From Phenylobacterium sp. (GTDB lineage Bacteria > Pseudomonadota > Alphaproteobacteria > Caulobacterales > Caulobacteraceae): a DNA stretch of 64,000 nucleotides. Each line of letters starts with the position of its first letter. The first letter of the stretch is position 1. The translations under genes and the position numbers were made by a program. The stretch lies in the NCBI RefSeq assembly GCF_041920015.1, contig NZ_JAYRST010000002.1, positions 18,952 through 82,951 on the forward strand, in the 5' to 3' direction. The notes beneath the pieces are model-generated. The model was not told the DNA's origin. It did no database searches and saw only the letters and a list, made by a program, of their open reading frames with translations. Below are positions 56,630 through 64,000 of the stretch, piece by piece.

Positions 56630-57049
56630 ATGAGCATCCTCTACGCCACCCAGGCCCGCGCCGTCGGCGGCCGCGCCGGCCATGTCGAATCCCAGGACGG
56701 CCTGCTCAGCCTCGACCTCGCCCTGCCCAAGGAACTGGGCGGCAAGGGCGGCGGGACCAATCCCGAGCAGTTGTTCGCCGCCGGCTACGCCGCCTGTTTC
56801 GAAAATGCGGTCCGCTACATCGCCGGCCAGCAGAAGATCCCGCTCAAGGGCGCGGCGGTGACCGCCACCGTCGAGCTGCACCCGCGCGAGGGCGGCGGCT
56901 TCCAGTTGGGCGTCGCGCTCGACGCCGAGACCCAGGGGCTCGACCAGGCCGCGGCCGAGGCGCTGGTCGCCGCCGCCCACCAGGTCTGCCCCTATTCCAA
57001 CGCTATTCGCGGCAACGTCGATGTTGGGATATCCGTAACGGCGCGATGA
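56630..57049 (+). CDS. ohr: Organic hydroperoxide resistance protein
   Basis: GGRAG, TNPEQLFAAGYAACF and AHQVCPYSNA motifs. Confidence 0.96.
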   Translation: MSILYATQARAVGGRAGHVESQDGLLSLDLALPKELGGKGGGTNPEQLFAAGYAACFENAVRYIAGQQKIPLKGAAVTATVELHPREGGGFQLGVALDAETQGLDQAAAEALVAAAHQVCPYSNAIRGNVDVGISVTAR

Positions 57050-57528
57050 CGACGAAGACCGCCCCTTCCAAGACGCCGGCCGCACCCGCGGCCGGCGACC
57101 TGCTGGCCCTCGACAACCAGCTCTGCTTTGCGCTCTACGCAGCCAGCGGCCTGGTGACCCGGGCCTACCGGCCTTTGCTGGAGCCGCTGGGCCTGACCTA
57201 TCCGCAGTACCTGGCGATGCTGGCCCTGTGGGAGCAGGCGCCGCGCACCGTCAAGGCGCTGGGCCAGGCGCTGGAGCTCGACTCCGGCACCCTGACGCCG
57301 CTGCTCAAGCGCTTGGAAGCGGCCGGCTACGTCACCCGCACCCGCGACGCCGATGACGAGCGCCGCGTGCAGATCGCCCTGACGCCCGCCGGCGCGGCCC
57401 TCAAGGACAAGGCCGCGGAGATTCCCGCCGCCCTCGCCTGCCGCCTGGACCTGCCTGCCCAGGACATAGCGTCCCTGCGCGCGACCCTGCAGGCCCTGGC
57501 CCGCCGCATGAAGGCCCAGCAGCCCTAG
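57046..57528 (+). CDS. ohrR: OhrR MarR-family peroxide sensor (2-Cys type)
   Basis: LDNQLCFALY, LTYPQYL, LDSGTLTPLLKRLE and DERRV motifs; second Cys in ALACR; ATGA overlap with ohr. Confidence 0.93.
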   Translation: MTTKTAPSKTPAAPAAGDLLALDNQLCFALYAASGLVTRAYRPLLEPLGLTYPQYLAMLALWEQAPRTVKALGQALELDSGTLTPLLKRLEAAGYVTRTRDADDERRVQIALTPAGAALKDKAAEIPAALACRLDLPAQDIASLRATLQALARRMKAQQP

Positions 57529-57845
57529 CTGGCGCCCAGCCGCGCCAGCACCTCGCGCGGGATGCCGTAATGCTCGATGGCCGGACGCTGGTTGCGGATA
57601 CCGCAGGCCTCGCGCTGGATGAAATAGTGCCACACCGCCTTGGCGGCGGCCTTCAGCAGATCGGCGCGCTCGCCCTCCCCGCCCCCGGCGTCGAAGTCGC
57701 GCAGGGCCTGCAACGCAACCTCCACCTTGCGGCCCGCAACACCCAGGGCGTAGCCGCGCTCCTCCTGGATCTCGTAGTCGAGGATGCTCGCCCCGGTCTG
57801 GAAGGTCAGTCCGAGCGCGCTCTGAGGCATGCGGAGATTGGACAT
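57525..57845 (-). CDS. Conserved hypothetical protein (DUF6665-like)
   Basis: LDYEI.EE...LG.AGRKVE.AL..L; AVWHYFIQREACG; YGIPREVLARLG. Confidence 0.75.
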   Translation of the reverse strand: MSNLRMPQSALGLTFQTGASILDYEIQEERGYALGVAGRKVEVALQALRDFDAGGGEGERADLLKAAAKAVWHYFIQREACGIRNQRPAIEHYGIPREVLARLGAS

Positions 57846-57916
57846 GCCGCGAGTATGCCGCACGCCGCCCCCGCGGCAAGCCGAGCCTTTGCGAACGCTC
57901 CCGCACCTCGCCCGTT

Positions 57917-58156
57917 AGATGCTCCCCCCTCTGGGGCAGGGCAATCGCATATGGCTCCGATAAGCGGCGGTAGCCCACTTCGCGTGTCGTCCCGGAAAGC
58001 GCGCAGCGCTTATCCGGGATCCATGAACGCCTGAGCTTTCAGGCTCTGGCGCCGCCGAGACGGATTCTGAACCGCCTGTGTTCATAGGTCCCGGTCTTGC
58101 TTCGCAAACCGGGAGGACACCCGTATGCGATAGCCCTGCCTTCTGAGGGAGCATCT
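57917..58156. repeat. Nested inverted-repeat element: outer ~35-bp IR enclosing a REP/RIME-like doublet
   Basis: Outer arms at 57917-57954 and 58121-58156; inner element 57984-58120 with terminal IR GTGTCGTCCCGG/CCGGGAGGACAC and two internal hairpins. Confidence 0.85.
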
Positions 58157-58183
58157 TTCATCGCGATGGGAGAGGAGGAACCC

Positions 58184-60256
58184 CTATTTCCCCGTCAGTT
58201 CCTTCACCAGCGCCGCGCGGCCGTAGACCTTGTCCAGCGCCTCGGTCGCCGCCGAAGTCGCCACGACCACTGTGCGGTTGATCGTTCCGTCATAGCCGAA
58301 GGCCCCGCCCAGCGAGTGGATGTTGCCGTCGAAGGCTGCGCCCAGCACCTCGCCCCTGGCGTTCACCACCGGCGAGCCGGAATTGCCGCCGATGATGTCG
58401 TTGGTGGTGACGAAGTTGTAGACCGTGGACGGATTGACCTTGTCCCTGGCCGCGATCCAGCGCGGCGCCAGTTGGTAGGGCTCGGCCCCGGTGGCGCGCT
58501 CGTAGAGGCCGGCGAAGTCGGTGGTCGGAGGCACGGTGGTCCCGCGATACGTCCACCCGTCGACCTTGCCGTAGGAGAGCCGCAGGCTGAACGTCGCGTC
58601 GGGATAGACCGCATCGCCATAGGCCGCGAACTTGGCCCGCGCCACCCGCTCGGCGGCCGCGTCGGTCGGGCCCTGCACCTCGGTCTCCCAGGCCTTGCGC
58701 ACGGCGCGCGCGGCCGGATCGTTGCGCAGGAAGAGCTGGATCATCGGGTCGTCCGAGGCTTCGATCGCCGCCAGGCCGCCGTCCCACAGCGCCTTGCGCA
58801 CCGCCGGATCGCCCAGCCTGGAGCCGGCGACGACGCGCTTGGCCAGACCCTCGGGGCTCTCCTTGCCCAGCAGGGCCTTCACCGCCGGGTCGTCGGTGGT
58901 GAGATATTCCCGCGTCTTGGAGAGCCAGAAGCCGAGATAGGTCTCTTCCAGGGCCGGATCGACCGGCTTGGCGTCGAGCAGTTGCTTTTCCTGCAGCGAC
59001 AGCCGGGTGTCGGCGTATTCGGGCAACCGCTCGGCGCTGGGCTTGGTTCGCTCCTGGGCGGCGCGCACCAGCGTCTCGGCATAGTCGTAGAGGTGCGAAT
59101 AGGTCGCCCCGCCCTCGATCTGGCGATAGCGCAGGTAATTGTTCGCATAGGCCGCCTGGGCCTTTTCGATGTCGGTCCACGGGTCGCCGATATCGGCGGC
59201 CAGCTTGGGATCGGCGGCGACCTTGGCCCTCAGCGTGGCTTCCTCGGCGCGCTTGGCGTCCATGAAGGCCTTGTCGTTCAGCGCGAACTGCTGGCCGAAG
59301 AACACCTTGAACGAGTTCTCGATGCCGAACAGCGGATCGGTGGCCACGCGCTTCTGCTCGGGGCCCTCCTCGGAGAAGCGGATCAGGCGGCCGCGAATTT
59401 CCGAGCGCTGAAGCTGGCCGACGGGAATGGTCAGGTCGCGCAGGGTCTCGAGCTGGGAGACCGTCATCAGGCGGTTGGTGGAGCCGGGATTGCCCGAAAC
59501 GAACGTCGCCTCGCCCGCCTGTGGGGCGCGGCCGACCCAGGTCAGGTGCTGGGGCGTGACCGCCGGCTTGCCGTTCTCGTAAAGGCGCACGAAGCCGATA
59601 TCGAGATTGTAGCGCGGGAAGTTGAAGTTGTCGGGATCGCCGCCGAAGAAGGCCGTGGCGAACTCGGGCGCGAAGACCAGGCGCACGTCCGAATACTTGC
59701 GGTACTTGTAAAGCTTGTACTGGCCGCCGCGGTAGAGGCTGATCACCTGGCAGCGGACGCCGGGATCATCGCCGCAGCCGGCCTGCTCGGCCGCCGTGAT
59801 CGCCGCGTCGCGGGCGCGCACGAAGTCCTGGCCGCTCTTGCCGGCCGCCGCCGAGGCGACCTGCTTCGTCACGTCGGTGATCGAGGCCAGGATCTCGGCC
59901 TGCATCCCCGGGCATGTCTTCTCGTCCTCGCGCGAGGCGGTCATGAAGCCGTCCTGCACGAAGTCCTTGTCGCCGGACGAGAGGTCCTGGACGCATTCGA
60001 CCACGCAATGGTGGTTGGTGAAGACCAGGCCCGACTTCGAAACCACCGAGGCCGAGCAACCGGTGGTCAGGCGCACCGAGGCGGCCTGCACGCGGTCCAG
60101 CCATTTCTGGTCGAGCTTGAGCCCGTAGGCCGCATTGACCTTGGCCAGCGGGAAATTGTCGAAGGTCCACATGCCCTCGTCGGCCAGGGCAGGGGCGGCG
60201 GGCAACAGGAACGCCGCGGCCAGGCCGAGGCCTGCGGCGGAACGCGAACGGATCAT
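58184..60256 (-). CDS. S46-family dipeptidyl peptidase (DPP7/DAP BII-like)
   Basis: Signal peptide followed by DEGMW; TNHHC; FGGDPDNFNFPR; YPDATFSLRLSYG; DIIGGNSGSPV; FDGN. Confidence 0.93.
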   Translation of the reverse strand: MIRSRSAAGLGLAAAFLLPAAPALADEGMWTFDNFPLAKVNAAYGLKLDQKWLDRVQAASVRLTTGCSASVVSKSGLVFTNHHCVVECVQDLSSGDKDFVQDGFMTASREDEKTCPGMQAEILASITDVTKQVASAAAGKSGQDFVRARDAAITAAEQAGCGDDPGVRCQVISLYRGGQYKLYKYRKYSDVRLVFAPEFATAFFGGDPDNFNFPRYNLDIGFVRLYENGKPAVTPQHLTWVGRAPQAGEATFVSGNPGSTNRLMTVSQLETLRDLTIPVGQLQRSEIRGRLIRFSEEGPEQKRVATDPLFGIENSFKVFFGQQFALNDKAFMDAKRAEEATLRAKVAADPKLAADIGDPWTDIEKAQAAYANNYLRYRQIEGGATYSHLYDYAETLVRAAQERTKPSAERLPEYADTRLSLQEKQLLDAKPVDPALEETYLGFWLSKTREYLTTDDPAVKALLGKESPEGLAKRVVAGSRLGDPAVRKALWDGGLAAIEASDDPMIQLFLRNDPAARAVRKAWETEVQGPTDAAAERVARAKFAAYGDAVYPDATFSLRLSYGKVDGWTYRGTTVPPTTDFAGLYERATGAEPYQLAPRWIAARDKVNPSTVYNFVTTNDIIGGNSGSPVVNARGEVLGAAFDGNIHSLGGAFGYDGTINRTVVVATSAATEALDKVYGRAALVKELTGK

Positions 60257-60423
60257 GCTTGAGGCTACCCAGGATGACGCGGGCGCCCAGGACCGCCCGC
60301 CGGATGTAACTCCGTAACACCGGCGCCCGCGGCTGAACAGGGGCGCAGGCGGCCTGCCTTACCTCGATTTAACTAGGTTCTTCAGCCCGTCCGGCTCACA
60401 TCCTGAGCCCAGGAGGGCGCGCC

Positions 60424-61566
60424 ATGTCACTGGCTCTTGCGACACTGATCTTCGAATGGCGGCGCTATCTGGCGGCCGTCATCGCGCTCGCCTTCTCCGG
60501 CCTGCTGATCCTCGCCCAGGTGGGCATGTTCACCGGCATGATCCAGGCGGCCACCGCCACCATCAACCGCTCGCGCGCCGACCTGATGATCATGCCGGCC
60601 AAGTCGGAAAGCCTGGTCAATTCAGGCCCCTCCAGCCTGCCGCGCCGCATCGGGCCCCAGCTCTACCTCAATCCCAATGTCGCCGAGGTCGCCAGCTTCG
60701 ACGGCGGCGGCGGCCGCTGGACCAACCAGCCGCTGGACGGCCAGAAGCAGGTCACCACCTGGGTCCAGGTCAACATGGTCGACACCGAGCCGGGCGCCCT
60801 CACCCTGCCGGTCGACTATCCCGAAAGCGTGCGCCTGGCGCTGATGGAGCCCAACGCCATCGCCATCGACCGCTCGGCCCTGGGCCGGCTGGGCGTGAAG
60901 CTTGGCGACACCGCCACCGTTAACGGCAAGGCGGTCCGCGTCCGCGCCCTGCTGGACGGCTATCCCGACATCAACCAGGCCTCCATCGTCGTCTCGCGCG
61001 ACACCCTGCGCCGCCTCGGCATGATGGAGCGCGGCGAGAAGACCGGCCCGCTGATGGTCCGGTTGAAGGATTCGGCCCAGGCGGGGATCGTCCGCGACCA
61101 GCTCAACGCCAGCGCCAAGGGCGCCTATCGCGCCTGGACCCGCGACGAACTGGCCAAGGCCAACGAGGGCGCGCTGATGAAGGAGCAGATCATCGGCGTC
61201 TTCCTCGGCTTCTCGGTGTTCCTGGGCTTCCTCATCGGGGTCGGCATCACCTCGCAGACGCTGCGCGGCGCCATCCTCGCCAACATCAAGGAATTCGCCT
61301 CCCTGCGGGCGCTGGGCGTCTCCATGGGCTCACTGCGGCTGATCGTGCTGGAGCTGTCCTTCTGGGTCGGGGTGGTCGGACTGGGCGCCACCGCCCTCTT
61401 CACATTCCTGGTCTCGTTGCTGGCCAGGAGCGGCGGCCTGCCCATGGGCTTTCCGCCCGCCTGGGTCGGCGCCGTCGCCGTGCTGCTGATGGTGATCTCG
61501 CTCGCCTCCGGCCTGATGGCCCTGGGCGTCCTCAAGAAGAGCCAGCCGGCGGACCTGCTGCGATGA
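60424..61566 (+). CDS. ABC exporter permease (MacB/FtsX, DevC-like)
   Basis: N-terminal TM, periplasmic domain, KEFASLRALG, 3 C-terminal TMs, PADL; SD AGGAGG. Confidence 0.88.
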   Translation: MSLALATLIFEWRRYLAAVIALAFSGLLILAQVGMFTGMIQAATATINRSRADLMIMPAKSESLVNSGPSSLPRRIGPQLYLNPNVAEVASFDGGGGRWTNQPLDGQKQVTTWVQVNMVDTEPGALTLPVDYPESVRLALMEPNAIAIDRSALGRLGVKLGDTATVNGKAVRVRALLDGYPDINQASIVVSRDTLRRLGMMERGEKTGPLMVRLKDSAQAGIVRDQLNASAKGAYRAWTRDELAKANEGALMKEQIIGVFLGFSVFLGFLIGVGITSQTLRGAILANIKEFASLRALGVSMGSLRLIVLELSFWVGVVGLGATALFTFLVSLLARSGGLPMGFPPAWVGAVAVLLMVISLASGLMALGVLKKSQPADLLR

Positions 61567-62312
61567 CCGCTTCCCCGCTCAATCCGATCGCCCTGCAGGG
61601 AACCGGCCTGGTCAAGCGCTTCAAGACCGGCCGCACCCACATCGAGGTGCTGAAGTCGGTCGACTTCGACTGCCGCCATGGCGAGATGACCATGGTCATG
61701 GGCCCGTCCGGCTCTGGCAAGTCGACCCTGATCGCGGCGCTTTCTGGTCTGCTGCGGCCAGACGCCGGCCAGGTCACCGCCCTGGGCGAGGATCTCTGGA
61801 ACCTGCGGCCCGGCAGGATCGACAAGTTCCGCCTCGATCACTGTGGCTTCATCTTCCAGGGCTTCAACCTGTTCGGCGCGCTCAGCGCCCTGCAACAGGT
61901 CACCACCATCCTGAAATACAAGGGATACTCGCCCGCCGAAGCCAAGGAGCGCGCGGCCCTCGCCCTCACCGAGGTCGGCCTCGGCGCCCGCCTCGACCAG
62001 CGCCCGGCCGAGCTTTCCGGCGGCGAGAAGCAGCGGGTGGCCATCGCCCGCGCCCTGGCCAAGGAGCCGCGGCTGCTGTTCGCCGACGAGCCGACCAGCG
62101 CCCTCGACGGCGAGAACGGCCAGATCGTCATCAAGCTTCTGCAACGGGCGGCCAAGGACCACGGCGCTGCGGTGATCTGCGTCACCCACGATCCGCGCCT
62201 GGAAGCCTATGCCGACCGCATCATCCACATCGAGGACGGCCGCATCCTCGACGACCGCCGCACGGCGCCGGCAGGCGTTCGCGGCCCACATCCCGAGCTC
62301 GTCGGAGCCTGA
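61563..62312 (+). CDS. ABC exporter ATPase (LolD/DevA-like)
   Basis: GPSGSGKST, LSGGEKQRVAIARAL, ADEPTSALD and VTHD motifs. Confidence 0.93.
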   Translation: MTASPLNPIALQGTGLVKRFKTGRTHIEVLKSVDFDCRHGEMTMVMGPSGSGKSTLIAALSGLLRPDAGQVTALGEDLWNLRPGRIDKFRLDHCGFIFQGFNLFGALSALQQVTTILKYKGYSPAEAKERAALALTEVGLGARLDQRPAELSGGEKQRVAIARALAKEPRLLFADEPTSALDGENGQIVIKLLQRAAKDHGAAVICVTHDPRLEAYADRIIHIEDGRILDDRRTAPAGVRGPHPELVGA

Positions 62313-62319
62313 AGAGACC

Positions 62320-63285
62320 ATGTTCGACTTCGTCAGATCTCACCGCATCAAGATCGCGCTCGTCGCAGCGCTCGTCCTCCTGGGCGGCGGCGCGGCCGTG
62401 CTGTCGAGCCAGGCCAAGGCCAGGAAAGCGGCGGAGGCCAGGGTCGCCGCCGCGGCCGCGCCCAAAAGCCCCTTCGTCGCCGTCGCCAACGGCAAGGCCG
62501 ATGTCGAGGGCGGCATGATCCAGGTCGCCGCCCGCCGGGCCGGCATCGTGCGCGAGGTCTATGTCCAGGAAGGCGACAAGGTGGCCAAGGGCCAGATCCT
62601 CGCCCGCCAGGAGGACGACGAGCCCAAGCTCTCGGCCGCCCGCGCCGCCGCCGCGGTGGAACAGGCCAAGGCCCAGATGGCGCAATACCAGGTCCAGCTC
62701 TCGGTCGCCGAGCGCGAGCACAGGCGCCTGCAAGGCCTGGTGGCCACCAACTTCGTCGCCGCCCAGAAAGTCGACCAGGCCGCCGACCGGATTCGCGAAG
62801 CCCAGGCCAACCTCCAGGCCCAGCGCGCCGCCGTCGCCACCGCCCAGGCTGCGCTGGAGGAAGCGCGCTACAATCTCGAACTGACCGTGATCCGCGCGCC
62901 GACCGACGGCCGCATCGCGCGCCGCTACGCCAATCCAGGCTCGGGCGCCTCGACCCTGAACGTCTCCAACATGTTCGACCTGGAACCGGACGCCCCGCGC
63001 ATCGTCCGCGCCGAGATCGCCGAAGGCTCGCTGCCGCACGTGGTCATCGGCCAGACCGTGCAGATCGCCCCGGAGTCCGAGCCGACCAAGGTCTACGCCG
63101 GCAAGGTCCTGCGCCGCGCCGCCGTCTTCGGCGCCCGCAAGCTGCAGTCGGACGACCCGACCGAACGCGCCGACGACCGCGTGGTCGAGGTGGTGGTCAG
63201 CGCCGACAGCGCCCCCTTCCTCATCGGTCAGCGGGTGCTGGTGAAGTTCATGCGCGGCGGCGCCCAGGCCCTGGCGGCGCGTTAG
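62320..63285 (+). CDS. Membrane-fusion (HlyD/DevB-like) periplasmic adaptor
   Basis: N-terminal TM, GIVREVYVQEGDKVAKGQIL lipoyl half, coiled coil, IRAPTDG; RVVEVVV. Confidence 0.9.
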   Translation: MFDFVRSHRIKIALVAALVLLGGGAAVLSSQAKARKAAEARVAAAAAPKSPFVAVANGKADVEGGMIQVAARRAGIVREVYVQEGDKVAKGQILARQEDDEPKLSAARAAAAVEQAKAQMAQYQVQLSVAEREHRRLQGLVATNFVAAQKVDQAADRIREAQANLQAQRAAVATAQAALEEARYNLELTVIRAPTDGRIARRYANPGSGASTLNVSNMFDLEPDAPRIVRAEIAEGSLPHVVIGQTVQIAPESEPTKVYAGKVLRRAAVFGARKLQSDDPTERADDRVVEVVVSADSAPFLIGQRVLVKFMRGGAQALAAR

Positions 63286-63402
63286 GCTTCGACAGCCGAA
63301 CGAGGCTCCCCTCCAGGCAAGGATTGGAACGCTTGACGTCATCCCGTCCGCGCCGCACAAACCGCGGCGAATTTCAAACCCCTGTTTGGATGGGAGACTT
63401 CC

Positions 63403-64000
63403 ATGGCGGACATCCGTTTCGACGGTAAAGTCGCGATCGTGACCGGCGCGGGCGGCGGCCTTGGCCGTCAGCACGCCCTCGAACTGGCCCGCCGCGGCGC
63501 CAAGGTGGTGGTCAACGACCTGGGCGGTTCGGTCGACGGCTCGGGCGGCTCGTCCGCCGCGGCCGACGCCGTGGTCGCCGAGATCAAGGCCGCCGGCGGC
63601 GAAGCCATCGCCAACGGCTCGTCGGTGACCGACGACGCCGGCGTCGCCCTGATGGTCAAGCAGGCCATGGACGCCTGGGGCCGCATCGACATCCTGATCG
63701 CCAACGCCGGCATCCTGCGCGACAAGTCCTTCTCCAAGATGGAGCTGGCCGACTTCGAGCTGGTCCTGAACGTCCACCTGATGGGCACCGTGAAGCCCAC
63801 CAAGGCGGTCTGGGAGATCATGCGCGAGCAGAACTACGGCCGCATCGTGGTCACGACCTCTTCGTCGGGCCTCTACGGCAATTTCGGCCAATCGAACTAT
63901 GGCGCGGCCAAGCTCGGCATCATCGGCTTCATGAACACTATCAAGCTCGAAGGCCAGAAGAACAACGTCCACATCAACGCCATCAGCCCGGTCGCCGCCA
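63403..64000 (+). CDS. SDR oxidoreductase (MFE-2/HSD17B4-like hydroxyacyl-CoA dehydrogenase), truncated by the window end
   Basis: Not in the ORF track. MADIRFDGKVAIVTGAGGGLG, VVVNDLGG, NAGILRD, GNFGQSNYGAAK; SD GGGAG. Confidence 0.92.
   Translation, partial: MADIRFDGKVAIVTGAGGGLGRQHALELARRGAKVVVNDLGGSVDGSGGSSAAADAVVAEIKAAGGEAIANGSSVTDDAGVALMVKQAMDAWGRIDILIANAGILRDKSFSKMELADFELVLNVHLMGTVKPTKAVWEIMREQNYGRIVVTTSSSGLYGNFGQSNYGAAKLGIIGFMNTIKLEGQKNNVHINAISPVAA

Noticed and set aside
57915-58154. 79-aa ORF spanning the palindromic element
   Set aside because: It coincides with the inverted-repeat structure, has no SD and no protein-like features, and is better explained as non-coding.
1-64000. 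tRNA, rRNA, riboswitch, prophage or IS elements
   Set aside because: None recognised by eye, and intergenic spaces are mostly short. A covariance-model scan (Rfam/tRNAscan) would be needed to exclude small RNAs.

Overview
Very GC-rich alphaproteobacterial chromosomal DNA. The gene content and regulatory motifs (cckA, pflI-like gene, CtrA boxes, sigma54/FlbD-type flagellar promoter) point to Caulobacteraceae, most likely Phenylobacterium-like; this is an inference. About 14.8-33.9 kb is a cell-cycle/flagellar cluster (cckA-flhB-fliR-fliQ, an osmoprotectant ABC transporter, fliE-flgC-flgB / fliO-fliP, fliL-fliM-pflI-motE-TPR-OM barrel, flgF-flgG-flgA-flgH), followed by dxs-ispA-xseB. The rest is housekeeping and accessory genes: hydrolases, peptidases, an EAL phosphodiesterase, a DEAD-box helicase, MscS, ohr/ohrR, a thiolase/acyl-CoA dehydrogenase operon, a TonB-dependent receptor and a DevBCA-like exporter. 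I saw no rRNA, tRNA, CRISPR, prophage or intact transposase. The most unusual observations are: a stand-alone UdgX with an EcfG/SigT-type promoter, divergent from an unannotated cytoplasmic trypsin-like protease; a serine-resolvase homolog lacking its catalytic residues; a Zur-type box before an orphan MerC-family gene; a 240-bp nested inverted-repeat element; two tandem look-alike micro membrane proteins; a divergent HDAC/GNAT pair; and a perfect 18-bp tandem repeat inside flgB. All family assignments come from recognising motifs by eye; no database searches were run.
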